From Eledone cirrhosa (Eukaryota), in assembly GCA_964016885.1 (NCBI GenBank), contig OZ024754.1, positions 5,518,001 through 5,582,000 on the forward strand: DNA of 64,000 nucleotides. The letters run 5' to 3'. The position numbers and the translations under genes are program-made. Within the stretch, counting starts at the first letter, position 1. Every line of letters starts with the position of its first letter. Under the pieces are notes generated by a model that had not been told where the DNA came from, made no database searches, and worked only from the letters and a program-made list of their open reading frames with translations. Below, one piece after another: positions 13,522 through 29,887 of this stretch.

Positions 13522-14359
13522 TATATTTTTGAATGTAAGTCGCTTAAGGATTAGAGAGTTCGGCTACAGATGACAAGATTGAGAGTTCGAATTATGGTGG
13601 TGCATAGTGTTCTTGAGTAAGTTACTTTGTTTCGCGTTCTTTCAGTCCATCCACTGAAACTTATCATTTTATACTTTTGATTCAAAGGATCGGCCTTGTC
13701 AAATCTTCAGCTACGCTGAATCTCCCTGAGAAGAACAGGTGCTCGTGTTTATGGAATTCTTAACCATTTGCACGATAATGTCATGAGCAGGTTGTGACGT
13801 TGTTTATGCAAGAAGCAGACTGGTCGTCGGAACCGACGGAGGTCCAAGACCTTTAACTCTATCTTGACTTTACGACAGTCGGTCATGGATCTAACTGTGA
13901 CCCTCTTGTCAAGATATTTACTTCTGTTTACTTAAGACTTCAAGCCTCAATCTAACTCATTAGAGTCGTAGCTGCCATGAATGTGTTTTATTTTGTTGTT
14001 GTTGTTGTTTTTTATAGGATTATTTTCGTGTTATGTTTTTTATTTTGTTTTGTTTGTTAGTTTTGCATTTTTCTTGTCTTCAATCTTGCGATCAGATTAC
14101 AATAGATTGTGAGAGTGGCAGCGAGGCCGGGAAACAGAGAGGTAGGATATATGTCAGAGAGAAAAATATAGGGTGAAAGAGAGGGTGATTGTGGGGAAAG
14201 AAACACGAAGAGAAATGATTCGTGAGGAAGAGAGAGTGAGAGGAGGGGAGACAGAAAGATAGAGGTTCTGTGGCAGCGAGACGAAAGAGAAAGAGAAAAT
14301 GTTTGTAGGAGAGAGAGAGAGGGGAGTGCGTGAGATAGATTGATGGATAGATAGATAGG

Positions 14360-14443
<84 letters not shown>

Positions 14444-14559
14444 GTGGTAGATAGATAGATAAATAGATACATAGGTAGGTAGAAAGAGAGAGAGAAAGAT
14501 ATAGAAAATAGATACATAGATCGATAGAGTGATAGATATATAGATATATATATAGATAC

Positions 14560-14594
<35 letters not shown>

Positions 14595-14670
14595 GGTATA
14601 TATATATATATGTCTGTGTGCGTGTATATATATATATAGAGAGAGAGAGAGAGGGAGCGAAAGAGAGTGC

Positions 14671-14776
<106 letters not shown>

Positions 14777-15034
14777 TGCTACAAGAAAAGGCGAAACATA
14801 CATGCACACACACAAAACATAAAATGAGAAGAAGTAAAAAAGAAAAACCAGAAAAAACCCCAGAAAAGTCCCAACGAAGTCATGCACGCAATACCCCATT
14901 TGATCCCTCTCTTGATATAAGTTCAGATGTACTGTAGTGCGAGTGACATGTCATTCAATATGTTATAATTTACTTGTTAATTTACAGAATATTTCACGGC
15001 CAATCACTCTGACGAAATTAGTTAGTGGCGAAGA

Positions 15035-15310
15035 GTGTCGAGTGTGGAGTGTGGAATAGAGTGGAGTGTGGAATAGAGTGGTGTGTGGAATGAGTGGCGT
15101 GTGGATTAGAGTGGAGTATGGAATAGAGTGGAGTGTGGATTAGAGTGGAGTGTGGAATGGAGTAGAGTGTGGAATAGACAGGAGTGTGGAATGAGTGGAG
15201 TGTGAAGTGAGTGGAGTGTGGGATGTGGAATGAGTGGAGTGTGGGATGTGGAATATGAAATGTGTAGTACAGAATGTCGAGTGTATAGAGTGTTGAGTGT
15301 TGATTGTGGT
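15035..15310. repeat. Degenerate (GAGTG/TGGAAT) satellite
   Basis: gagtggagtgtggaat units. Confidence 0.85.
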
Positions 15311-15400
15311 GTGTAATGTGTAAAATGTAGATTATAAGCTGTTATACAGACGAGAGACAGGAGATATACTAACCGAACTAAAGCTTCAGTAACGAAATAA

Positions 15401-15584
15401 TTGTTTCTACTTTTGGCACAAGGCCAGCAATTATCCCAGTGCATTACTGGTACTTTATTTTATCCACCCCTTAAGGATGAAAGGCAAAGTTAACCTCGGC
15501 GGGATTTGAACTCAGAATGGCAAGGGCCGTAACTCTATGCGTCAAAGCATGGCATCCGACCCTCTACCGATACTGCCAAACCAC
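15401..15584 (-). mobile_element. SINE group 1, full length, with 17-bp TSD
   Basis: TSD cttcagtaacgaaataa at 15384-15400 and 15585-15601. Confidence 0.9.
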
Positions 15585-16502
15585 CTTCAGTAACGAAATA
15601 AGGAATTCTAATTCCTGTAGAGACAGCGAATTGCTAGAGTCGTTAGAACAACGTATAGAATGGTTTGCGGCATTCGTTCTCACTGCGGAGATCAACTTTG
15701 AGCAGAGATCAATTTTGAGCAGAGATTATCATTGAGCCGAGATCAATTTTGAGCCGAGATCAACTTTGACATTCATTGTTTCGGGATCGATAAAAATAAG
15801 TACCAGCCCTGTACTAGGACCAATTCTTCCCGTATATTTCTTTCACTGTTCCTCTCTATGAATGTTTTTTCTTCTTTGAAATTAACAGGATATATTCTCA
15901 CTACATTCAAAATAAGGAGGGGACGAATGCTAACGGCTGGGACATTTTTTTTATTATAGGATTGCTGTATTAAGGTTGACCTGGGGTTAAACGACAACAA
16001 TAACACCACCACCGACAACAACAAAATAACAACAAATAGTTAAGGTTTAAATTAAAACAAATGAGCGGAGTTGATATTTATCTATTTATGTATTTATTTG
16101 TTTTGCTTATTCTAGAAGTATTAGTGAAACCTGATGAGTAGCTATGTTCTCCTGAGACGTAGGTGTCACACAGTCTCTGTAATCCATTTTACAACAACTA
16201 TTGACAGTCCATCAAATGAGACTTTACCAGCGGAAATTAAAATCAGAATGAACATATACTTTTGTTTTTCGTTTTTTTTTTCGTTTTTTTTTCAAACATG
16301 TCATTTTAAAAACCACAAAGCGCTACCCCCTCTACATTTAATTCCCTCTCTCTATCTATCAATCTATCTATTTCTCTCTCTCACTCTCTTCATATATATA
16401 TATATATATACATATTCATCTCGTTATATATATATCTATCTATCTATTCATCTATTCATGTATCTCTCTCTCTCTCTCTCTCTACCTACCAATATCCCTC
16501 TG

Positions 16503-16533
<31 letters not shown>

Positions 16534-16784
16534 CAATATGTGTGTGTCTGTGTGTGTGACAGCTCACACCTATGCAGGTTTAGCTGGCCTCCTCCAAGAT
16601 ATATCTCGTTGGAGGTGTGTTGGGTGATTTAATGATAGGGACCCCAGTCCTTTCATCTCATTTCTACAGCTGAGTAAACTGTCTTGCTCAAGGAAACAAC
16701 ACATCACCCGGTGTGAGAATTGAACTTACAACCTTTCGATTGCAAGCCCAAAGCTCTAACCATTAAGCCATGCGCCTTCACACA

Positions 16785-16892
<108 letters not shown>

Positions 16893-17073
16893 CATTGACT
16901 GAGAGCGAATGATGAAAACAGTCAGCTGAATAGTCTGAATGGATTCTTTGGTATGAAATAAATTTACTTCTAAAGCTACAACTTTCAATCAATGCAGTAA
17001 TGTTTTGAAAAGAAGCCTTGAGATATATACTGAAATATATATATATATACACAGACATATATACATATATATG

Positions 17074-17115
<42 letters not shown>

Positions 17116-17185
17116 TATGTTTATATATATATATATATATATATACGATATTAATAAATGGAAACTATATTTATAAAACCATATT

Positions 17186-17250
17186 TATTTCATTATACAT
17201 ATTTCAGGGATACCACATTAAATTATGGCATGCCTTCATCAGACAAAATA
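17186..17250 (-). ncRNA. Type I hammerhead ribozyme (family B copy beginning at 17146)
   Basis: Reverse complement: tattttgt CTGATGA agg...cct GAAA tatgta TA atgaaata. Confidence 0.85.
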
Positions 17251-17807
17251 CAATATATAACAGTTTTACAAATAGGTTTGACGTACCCTTTAAAATACAA
17301 CCATTCCTTTTGGAGGCTGTCTGGATAGTGATTTGTTTATATAATAAGTCATAGTGTTAAGCACAATTAGAAAAAGACGGAGAGAAAGAAAGAGAAAAGA
17401 ACAAAGACAGAGAGAGAGAAAGAAAAGAGAAAGAAAACCTGGAGAAATATCGGAGAGAGAGAGAAATGTATGGAGAAAAGAAAGAGATAGATAAAGATAG
17501 GAGGAAATAAAAAAGAATATGTATATATATATATATATGTATATTCCTTGAAATCTCTAAGAAATTTTGACATGCCACTATTTGATATTAAAAGAGGAAA
17601 AGTGCCACTTAATACAGACTCTAAAATATCTTGGAACAGCAACAAAAATAAGAACTTACACAAACAACAGCGGAATCAATAATAATATGGTATTGAAATG
17701 AAATATTTCTACAATAGAATATGAATATAGAAATTAGCTGTTGCAATAACACAGAGATATACGTTCGTATACACCCATATAATGAATATATTTATGGTAG
17801 GTGAGTA

Positions 17808-18393
<586 letters not shown>

Positions 18394-19185
18394 GTTTGTC
18401 ATTTTTCTCTCCTTTGAAAGATAGTGTAAAAATAAATACAATTTCGTTTATCTTTTACCATGTATGTTACCTGCATAACTATAAATCATACACATTTCTT
18501 TATATACATATTCTGTTGATTTTGTATAATATTTGTATAATATTTTTTTTTATTCATCGCTTCCAAACGCTTCTGTTTGGTCGCCATTTTGTTATCGTAT
18601 TTTCGGTGTAATATTTGTTTTTTCCATGCGATTTTTTTTTTATTCGTTTGGTATTTTGGTGATTGGGTGTGTGAGGGGTGATCGTGTGCCTGGTTCGAAT
18701 CATTATTCAGATTACCTTCAGCTAATTTCTTCGAGGAGAAATTTCTATCTCTTTTATTAGATTATAATATAAGAAAAATAAAAGAAAATACATATATAAA
18801 TATAAATAGAGTGAGAGGGAGGGAAAGAGAGGGTGAGAGATGCATACATGTACAGGATAATATATTTATAAATAACTATAAAGGTATATGTATGCATGCA
18901 TGTATATATATGTATATATTTATATTATGTATATATTTATATTATGTATATATTTATATTTATATACGTATATATTATATTATATATATATTTATATATG
19001 AACACATACAAACTCGCACATATACACCGACACAAACACCCACATATATATGTATGTGTGTGTGTGTGTGTGTGCGGATGTGTGTGTGTGTGTGTGTATG
19101 TGTGTGTGTGGGGTGTATGTGTAGGTATGTATTTCCTAAAGCTATTCTGAAATTTGTGGTCTAAAGAAGAAAATAATAAAGTATC

Positions 19186-19287
19186 AGCGGCGGCAGCAGC
19201 AGCAGTAGTAGAAGTAGTAGTAGCAGTAGTAGCAACAGCAGCAGTAGTTTTAGTAGTAGTAGTAGCAGTAGTAGTAACAGTAACAGC

Positions 19288-19337
<50 letters not shown>

Positions 19338-19470
19338 CCTCAGCAGCAGCTGTAGCAGTAGTAGTAGTAGTGGTAGTACTAGTAGTAATAACAATAGTAG
19401 TAGCAATGGTAGTAGTAGTAGTAGTAGTAGTAACAGTAGCAGTAGTAGTAGTATTAGTAGTAACAGTAGC

Positions 19471-19517
<47 letters not shown>

Positions 19518-19577
19518 CAGCAGTAGTAGTAGTAGGAGTATTAACAGTAACGGTAGTAGTAACAGCAGCAGTAGTTT

Positions 19578-19616
<39 letters not shown>

Positions 19617-19651
19617 CAGTAGTAGTAACAGTAACAGCAGCAGTAGTAGTA
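19186..19651. repeat. (GTA/GCA)n trinucleotide array
   Basis: Direct reading. Similar arrays: (TTC)n 5777-5860, (ACT)n 45300-45505, (GAT/GAC)n 56405-56587. Confidence 0.95.
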
Positions 19652-19979
19652 CATCGACATAAAACCTGATTAAATGTTAAAAATGCACTGGCTGTGCATA
19701 AACATTGATTTTGATAAGATTTATTAGATAAACATGGCGGGTTCAAATAGTGTTGAAGGTCAGAGGGAAATATTGTAAACAGAGCAATATAATGGAACAA
19801 AAAAAAAAAGACCAAAGTAGAGAAAAAAATCATATATTAATTGACAAAATGTTTCATGAAAAAAAGCACTTTTTTTCCGAAATGAAGTGCAATATTCCTA
19901 CGTAAAATGCATACACACCCTATATATATATATATTATGGAATACTGTTGACTTTGCTACAATGTTTTTTATACCTTCC

Positions 19980-20146
<167 letters not shown>

Positions 20147-20196
20147 GTATATATATATATATTCAATATTTGTGTTTAGGTTTCAATGTATTTATG

Positions 20197-20240
<44 letters not shown>

Positions 20241-20261
20241 ATATATATATATGTGTGTGTA

Positions 20262-20299
<38 letters not shown>

Positions 20300-20497
20300 C
20301 ATTTATATATATAATTATATAAACATATATATATAATTATATATACATATACATATATATAATTAAGATTGATTTTTCCGAAGGGGATCTGGAAACAGGC
20401 ATAGTTAAATAATGTACTCAATACATTAGTAGATAAAAATACATAATACATAAATATATATATGTGTATATAAATATATATATATATATATTTATGA

Positions 20498-20588
<91 letters not shown>

Positions 20589-20683
20589 AAAATTACATGA
20601 ATCAAAGTTCTGTTTAAACCATTTATTTATACATACATGTATATAAAAATATATCTATCTATATAAATGTAAATATACACATA

Positions 20684-20789
<106 letters not shown>

Positions 20790-20893
20790 CACATACGCGC
20801 ACATATAGACAAACACATATGCGCACCTCTACTCATACATAAACAATACAGTGCAAGGGGAAAATATATTACCTTAACATTTTAACATAGAAC

Positions 20894-21042
20894 TGTTTCT
20901 ACTTTTGGCACAAGGCCAGCAATTAACCAGTACATTACTGGTACTTTATTTTATATACCCCGTAAAGGATGAAAGGCAAAGTGAACCTCGGCTGGATTTG
21001 AACTCAGAATGTCAAGGGTCGTAACTCTATGCATCAAAGCAT
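20894..21042 (-). mobile_element. SINE group 1 (5'-truncated)
   Basis: Matches 15401-15550. Confidence 0.85.
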
Positions 21043-21264
21043 AGATATAATATAGTAGAAAAAGAGTTGGAAAGTTTCGGTCACAGGTCCTTTATCAGAA
21101 GATAGAATGAGAGAAGATGAAATAGAAATATACAGAGTGGAAGCGGTAGGGGTTGGGGATAGATGGAGGTGCATGTGTGTGTGTGTGTGTGGTGTTTGTG
21201 TGTGTTTCCATATATATATATATATATATTTGTACATATGTATATATACAAATATATGTCTATT

Positions 21265-21297
<33 letters not shown>

Positions 21298-21348
21298 TAT
21301 ATATATATATATATTTGTATATATATTTATATATATATATATATTATA

Positions 21349-21430
<82 letters not shown>

Positions 21431-21731
21431 TATATTTGTACATATATATGTATTTATAGACACTATATAAATGTATGTATGTGTGTCAGTGACTATAACA
21501 CTAGCTACTTGATTTCCCGTCACCATTGGAGACAGGCTGACACTAATTGGTGGTTTAATTCGCTGTCAGTCCACACCAACACGACACTTAACAACTATCT
21601 AACTGACCAACTGACCGTATTGCAATATGTTTATTTTGACCAGTCACTTCACTATCGCTTACCCTGCTCAAATTACTAAATAATTTACTAAATACCTAAA
21701 TAAATAAGATATTATAAAGTCTAAAGTTTAC

Positions 21732-21806
<75 letters not shown>

Positions 21807-21813
21807 ATTTCAT

Positions 21814-21845
<32 letters not shown>

Positions 21846-21976
21846 AAATATGTGTAAGGGTAGTTACATGTATATACACACACTGAACTGCATTAAACCT
21901 TTTGTATTTTCATTGGTCAATTTTGTTCCCAAACGGACCTGAAATTTTGAATTGTTGTTATTATCAATAAATATAT

Positions 21977-22130
21977 TTCATTATTTCTGAAGACGGCGTA
22001 TATATGTGTTGGTATGTATATTTAATCTTGATAGTTTGTATAATTTTGTATAATTTTGTACATAGATCTGTTGGATATGCATGCCAATTCTAACACATAT
22101 ATATCCTAGAAACGATCGTTAAATAATGAA
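21977..22130 (+). ncRNA. Type I hammerhead with a ~115-nt extended stem II
   Basis: ttcattattt CTGAAGA cggcg-tatatatgtgtt...aacacatatata-tccta GAAA cgatcg TT aaataatgaa (10-bp perfect stem I). Confidence 0.75.
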
Positions 22131-22183
22131 CTTTTTTTGTTTAATATAAGGAACTGTTTCATTGTTTATTCATTATTTGTTTA

Positions 22184-22222
<39 letters not shown>

Positions 22223-22310
22223 AGAATTTGACGGGACTAACTAAGGTTTCCCGGCTAGTACCGGTATTTATATATATATTTATATATATTATATATATAT
22301 ATATATATAT

Positions 22311-22515
22311 AGGAACGAGTAGGACCCCGACAGCTGAGCTCAAGCCGTTTCGACGGCTAAAACTTTGACTAAATTTAGTCCAGAATTAGCCGTCGAAACG
22401 GCTTGAGTTCAGCCGTCGGGGTCCTACTCGTTCCTATTACCCACTCTACTACTCTAAGTATTGAGTACTTTGGTGCGTTATGGTTCACCTGGTTCCTTAC
22501 CACATTTCCTTCGTT
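22311..22515 (+). mobile_element. Family A copy 2
   Basis: Same arm / inverted arm / tail layout, flanked by TA repeats. Confidence 0.85.
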
Positions 22516-22517
22516 AG

Positions 22518-22549
<32 letters not shown>

Positions 22550-22854
22550 ATACTTGGGGAGGGTCATATTCGTGTAATAATATTGCCAGAATTAATAACA
22601 GAACACACTCACTGTTTGGTTGGTTTTCGCTTCTGTGTCTTTTATATCGGTCAATTTAATTTATTCGGTCCTCAATGTTACCATTGACTGACCAATGCTC
22701 AAAAATACAGATATAATATAGACACAAACACATAATATATATATTCTAATAAAGTTCTTTCGTTGCACATCTGCAACATCATCAGTTGTGCTATTATGTT
22801 TTCTCCTGTTGTATGCCTGTTGTAAAGTCTATCTTAAGCCAGAAGTCTCATGTG

Positions 22855-23095
22855 GCCGGTACTTATCCCGGTTTCATTGCGTGAAGCGACTGTGTGTACA
22901 AGACAGAACGCCAGTCTATCGCAGGGTTTAACTCCCAGCTATTGCTAGTACTCATTTTGAGCTGAGTATACTGGAGCATCGTGAAATGAAGTGTTTTGCT
23001 CAAGAACACAACACACAACCCAGCCCTGGATTCAAAACCATGACATTGGGATCGTAAGTCAAACTCAATTACCTCTAGTCCACGTGCCTCTACCA
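22855..23095 (-). mobile_element. tRNA-derived SINE, group 2 (gtgttcttgagcaaaacactt core)
   Basis: tRNA-like head and central core shared with 13528-13850(+) and 31227-31325(+). Related tRNA-like heads at 16640-16780(-) and 36810-36845(+). Confidence 0.7.
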
Positions 23096-23196
23096 TATAT
23101 ATATATATATATATAAAGAAAAAGAGATGAAATCGAAAATGCAACTGGAGTCTTATTTTTTTTTTTAAATTAAAAAATATATATATTTATTTGGTT

Positions 23197-23234
23197 CCTT
23201 TACCGGTTTCGCAGTTCTTCTGCTTTTCAAAAGG
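23197..23234 (-). ncRNA. Minimal hammerhead with U3-A8 core variant (family H copy 2, element ~23116-23276)
   Basis: Reverse complement: cctt TTGAAAA gcag-aagaa-ctgc GAAA ccgg TA aagg. Confidence 0.75.
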
Positions 23235-23272
23235 TGAGTTGAGATGGAGGGTCTGTGGTTTTTCTCACATCT

Positions 23273-23348
<76 letters not shown>

Positions 23349-24088
23349 TAACAGATTAAAGTTTAAGCAAAGAATCGCTGCTTATATATATATATAAATA
23401 TATATATTATATTAATATATATATATATATATGTTAAGACACACAACAAAATATAAATAAATACGTACAGACGTACTCAGTCACCCACAAACACACACTC
23501 ATGCAAACACACTCATCCATACACATACACTCATACGAAGACACACACATGCGCAGAGATATGTACACAAGCTCACATGTTCATTTCTGTCCCGCTGCGT
23601 GCCATCTTAAAAGAGTTCCTTTTAATCATAGGCTCGAGTCAATCCAATCCATGTCAATAACATCGAGGCGACGGAAGCCCTATGGACGATGCACTACGAA
23701 TTAAATAGTGAGAGAAAAGAGTACTTAGTACTGAAAGTTGAAATAATTAAAGACTTTAGGTCTCTTTTTTTTTATTATTATTCTTTTTGGAGAGTTGGGT
23801 TCGGGGCGGAGTGAAATATTCAGAAACCGCTATTCTGAATTTCAAGATGCTGAACAATCGTTAGAAAATCGAAAACAAGCCAGCTAGATTATTGATTTAA
23901 GAAGTCTTACTTACGTAGTCACACAAGTTTTATTTCCATGGCATTCGTGTATTTTATATCGAATTATAATAATACTCGATACTTTGGAAGCAAACAGCCT
24001 CACAACTCCATGTGTTTTAGACGGCATCGTCATCCTTTTTTTTCTATTGATGGCACCACTATATGGCATATACATATATACATTTATA

Positions 24089-24185
<97 letters not shown>

Positions 24186-24187
<2 letters not shown>

Positions 24188-24382
24188 CGAAGGAAATGTG
24201 GTAAGGAACCAGGTGGACCATAACGCACCAAAGTACTCAATACTTGGGGTAGTAGAGTGGGTAATAGGAACCAGTAAGACCCCGACGGCTGAGCTCAAGC
24301 CGTTTCGACGGCTAATTCTGAGTCCAGAATTAGCCGTCGAAACGGCTTGAGCTCAGCCGTCGGGGTCTTACTGGTTCTGGTT

Positions 24383-24385
<3 letters not shown>
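24186..24385 (-). mobile_element. Family A copy 3
   Basis: Reverse-orientation copy with the tail on the left. (TA)n on both sides. Confidence 0.85.
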
Positions 24386-24419
<34 letters not shown>

Positions 24420-24529
24420 GTTATTCCAGGTTGAATCGGAGGATGTAACCACAGTAAGTGAGGTACTCAATACATTGCAGAGTTGATGGTTTCTAAAGAA
24501 TGAAACAGTTCTAGTCCTGTAGAATCTCA

Positions 24530-24587
<58 letters not shown>

Positions 24588-24737
24588 TGTATTCAGGTTT
24601 GAAGGTTCACCACTGGATAGAGCTGGTCAATTCCGGCGACCGGTTAAGGTGGAGGATTCTAGATGGTCGGTCGTACTCGACTCTATGATTTTCAGCCCTA
24701 TGGATTTTATCTATTACATTCATTTATTACATTTCGA

Positions 24738-24795
24738 ATACCTGATGATATCACCGGATTCATACGGAACCCGGCCATTGAAATGATCATAGTAT
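24738..24795 (+). ncRNA. Type I minimal hammerhead in a TA-flanked island (24586-24846)
   Basis: atac CTGATGA ...ccgg...ccgg... GAAA tgatca TA gtat. Confidence 0.65.
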
Positions 24796-24841
24796 AATAA
24801 ACCTTTCAAGGATTTACACAAGTCCAGCCTCCTGTTAGTTT

Positions 24842-24902
<61 letters not shown>

Positions 24903-25456
24903 ATATAGGCTCATACTTATAAACATGCATACACACCTATATATATCATATGCATAGCCACACAAACAGACTTTCTCTCTCAGTCACACATAAATCCCCA
25001 TATAAATATATACATTTTATATATATATATATATATATAGTTCATACATGCGTATATATGTACGTTCGTGCATATAAGCGTACATATACCTATGTACCAA
25101 AATTCATAAACGCCATACAGGAGTCTATACATACATACCTACTTATATATATATATATATGTGTGTCTGTTTGTGTGTGTGTGTGTGAGTGTATGCTTGT
25201 TTCGCTGCGTATGTGTATGTGCGTTTATGTGTCTGTGTGTGTGTGCCTGTGGATGTGTGTGTATGTTTGTGTATGTTTGTGTGTGTGTGTATGTGTGTGT
25301 GTGAACAGAAGAACTAGCTAGAAGACAAAATACGATGATTTGAGTGCGGTGACAGATAAACTTACATTAGCAATAATCCTCTTTATTCCGAAACGATGCA
25401 ATAACAACCATCAAATAAATAAATAAATATATATATATATGTGTGTGTATATATTT

Positions 25457-25488
<32 letters not shown>

Positions 25489-25497
25489 GTTTATATG

Positions 25498-25528
<31 letters not shown>

Positions 25529-25820
25529 CTATATATATATATATGTGTGTGTGTATATGTATATATATGAATAAATAAATAAAACTAAATAATACAAATG
25601 TGATAAACAATAAACAAATACTGCAATAAATCACCATACTGATTTTAAACACAAACATACACCCTCACTCTCACACATACATATACTAATAGAATAAATA
25701 ACCGCACTGGTTTTTAAACACACACACACACACACAATCACACATACATATATACTAATAGAATAAATAAGCACACTGGATTTTAAACACACACACACAC
25801 TCACACACATACACACAAAC

Positions 25821-25879
<59 letters not shown>

Positions 25880-26481
25880 GTAAATATAATAAATAACCAC
25901 ACTTGGTTTTTAAACACAAACACATACTCTCTCACACACATACATATCTTCTCTAAATATAATAAATAACCGCACTGCTTTTTATACACAAACACACATA
26001 CACACACATTCTAACACATGCACTAAATAGAATATATAACCGTACTGATTTTTTTAACACATTTAACACACACACACACACACTCTCACACACTCTCACA
26101 TACATACACTAAACAGTAAATAACTGCATTGCTTTTTAAAAATAAAGACACCCTTTCTCTCTCTCTCTCTTTCTTTCTCTCACACACACAGGCACACATA
26201 CACACAGAGGCACACACGCGCACACATGCACACACAGGCATACACACACACGGACACACACACACAGGCATACACACAGACACAAAGAGAAATAAAGACA
26301 CACAGACACGCGCAGGCATACACATACACACAGACACACACAGGCACACACAGACGCAGAGAGACACACACACACACACACAGGCACACACAGACGCAGA
26401 GAGACACACACACACTTACCCTCACCCAAACATCACCAAATGTAACAACACTTTCAAATCATCCAATTGCACACAGACATA

Positions 26482-26555
<74 letters not shown>

Positions 26556-27074
26556 CAAACACGCATATACTGCCAGGCATACACATACACACATACCTGT
26601 GTTAAACAGTAGACATATTGGAAAAATTAAGCAAGATACAAGAAAGATGGAAAATATAGAAAACTAAGAAGATATTGTAAAGAATAGCTGTTAAAAAGAT
26701 GATATAGTAATAAATATACAGTAACAAATATAGAGTAGTACATATAGAGTAATAAATATAGAGTTATATCTATATAGTAATAAATGTATAGTAATACATA
26801 TATAGTAATAAATATATAGAAATAAAAATATAGTAATAAATATAGAGTAACAAATATATAGTAATAAATATATAATTTTAAATATATAATAATAAATATA
26901 GAGTAATACATATATTGTAATACATACATAGTAATACATATATATAGTAATAAGTATATAGTAATATATACACAATAATAAATATATAGTAATAAATATA
27001 TAACAAACAAGAAAAGTAGAGAATATAATGTTGAAGTTAACGAAAATGTTTGGAGGATGACGTAAATAAATACC

Positions 27075-27106
<32 letters not shown>

Positions 27107-27124
27107 GTATAAATATACATATAC

Positions 27125-27214
<90 letters not shown>

Positions 27215-27245
27215 CAACATATACATATATGTATATATATATATA

Positions 27246-27392
<147 letters not shown>

Positions 27393-27556
27393 GTGGGGGG
27401 GGGGTCTGACTGTAAACACAGATTTCTACACTTAAACATATTTTAGAAAGACAACAGACAGCAAACAGTAAAGAGAGAGAGAGAGAGTAAAGGACAAAGA
27501 TAGAGAGAGGAAGAGAGGGCGAGAAAGTGCTAAAGAGAGGGAAAGAGAGTGCACAC

Positions 27557-27624
<68 letters not shown>

Positions 27625-27633
27625 GCACATATG

Positions 27634-27691
<58 letters not shown>

Positions 27692-27716
27692 GTTTCTATG
27701 TATATATTGCCCGTAT

Positions 27717-27830
27717 ATTTTTGGAAAATCCAAGCAACACAGCATTGGTTGTTGGCCACTCATATAAGAAGCTATGGCCCCAATCCATTTCTTTGGAATA
27801 TCTTCGACATCAAGAAGAGATTTCAAGCAT
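27717..27830 (-). pseudogene. Possible degraded LINE reverse-transcriptase fragment
   Basis: [23 protein letters not shown] resembles the GIP..WI.SYLSGR.Q stretch of LINE RTs. Short and weak. Confidence 0.25.
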
Positions 27831-27968
27831 TTACACTGACATAATTGTTATTATTTGTATTGTTTTGTGTCGAGCTATCAACCCCAACACGTACCACTCT
27901 AAATCCAACACACCTTCCTTCAGTGTACTTTATATATGTATGAATGTATGTATGTATATATATATGTG

Positions 27969-28012
<44 letters not shown>

Positions 28013-28052
28013 TATATGCATATATGTATATATATATATGTATATGTATGTA

Positions 28053-28100
<48 letters not shown>

Positions 28101-28300
28101 TATTAACAAGAAAGACAATAATGATTGTAACAAAACCATATGGTAAATGAAAAGGAAATAGAGGAAAAATATTGATAAAGTATATACCCACACATATATA
28201 CACACACATATATATATATATTATATATATATTATATATATATATGTAAATATACATATATATATATATAGATGTGCGTGTACGTCTTTGTGTGTGTATG

Positions 28301-28343
<43 letters not shown>

Positions 28344-28356
28344 CTATATATATATC

Positions 28357-28391
<35 letters not shown>

Positions 28392-28403
28392 ATGTCTGTG
28401 CGT

Positions 28404-28475
<72 letters not shown>

Positions 28476-28824
28476 GTATACTCGTATAAAATATATAAAA
28501 TTTTAAAAGCAGCTGAAGTGAAAAAGATTAAGTTAGAAATTGGCTATAATCCATTGAAAGAGCATATTTAGAGATTTCTAGATTGACAGAGAGCTGGAGA
28601 ATGTGGTGACAGAGAGGCATACGTATTAATATGGCGGAAGATTGAAAGATGGCTGAGTATTTTTACCTCCATATACACAAGATTGAAAAGTAACTATTTT
28701 GACACTTATTGAAATATGACGCACTCAGATGGGTAGATATGTAAGATGAAAGACAGAACTATGATGTTATATTAATGTTCAGACCGTTTGCATCCCAGCA
28801 CATTCTGTTGGAAGGTGGAGAGTT

Positions 28825-29887
28825 GGAAGAGTCGTTAGGTCGTTGGATTAAAACTGATTCTGTGTTTGATCTGGCTTCTTTGCGACATGTGTTCAAATCT
28901 CACACTTGTAAACTTACCATTGAATAGTTAACAAAGCGGTGAATATAACCCTAGCCCAATATTGGAGTCGAACCTTCTCTCTTTCTTTCTCTCTCTTACC
29001 CTCTCTCTCTTGTTCTCTCTCTCTTTCTCACTCTCTCTCTCTCTCTTCTCTTGGCAGAGTCATTAGGTCGTTGGATTAACCATGATTCTGTGTTTGATCT
29101 GGTTTCTTTGCGATACGTGTTCAAATCTCACACTTGTAAACTTACCATTGAATCGTTAACAAAGCGGTGAATATAACCCTAGACCAATATTGGAGTCGAG
29201 CCTTCTCTCTTTATCTCTCTCTCTCTCTTACTCTCTCTCTCTCTTGTTCTCTCTCTATTTCTCCCTCTCTCTCTTCTCTTGGCAGAGTCATTAGGTCGTT
29301 GGATTAAACATGATTCTGTGTTTGGTCTGGCTTCTCTGCGATACGTGTTCAAATCTCACACTTGTAAACTTACCATTGAATCGTTTACAAAGCGGTGAAT
29401 ATAACCCTAGACCAATATTGGAGTCGAGCCTTCTCTCTTTCTCTCTCCCTCTCTCTTACTCTCTCTCTCTCTTGTTCTCTCTCTATTTCTCCCTCTCTCT
29501 CTCTCTTCTCTTGGCAGAGTCATTAGGACGTTGGATTAAACATGATTCTGTGTTTGGTCTGGCTTCTCTGCGATACGTGTTCAAATCTCACACTTGTAAA
29601 CTTACCATTGAATCGTTTACAAAGCAGTGAATATAACTCTAGCCCAATATTGGAGTCGAACCTTCTCTCTTTCTCTCTCTCTCTTACTCTCTCTCTCTTG
29701 TTCTCTCTCTCTTTCTCACTCTCTCTCTCTCTCTTCTCTTGGCAGAGTCATTAGGACGTTGGATTAAACATGATTCTGTGTTTGGTCTGGCTTCTCTGCG
29801 ATACGTGTTCAAAACTCACACTTGTAAACTTACCATTGAATCGTTTACAAAGCGGTGAATATAACCCTAGTCTAGTATTGGAGTCGA
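28825..29887 (+). repeat. ~228-bp tandem array (4.6 units) of degenerate SINE head plus CT-rich spacer
   Basis: Unit starts at 28825, 29053, 29281, 29513 and 29741. B-box-like gtgttcaaatctc. Confidence 0.9.
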
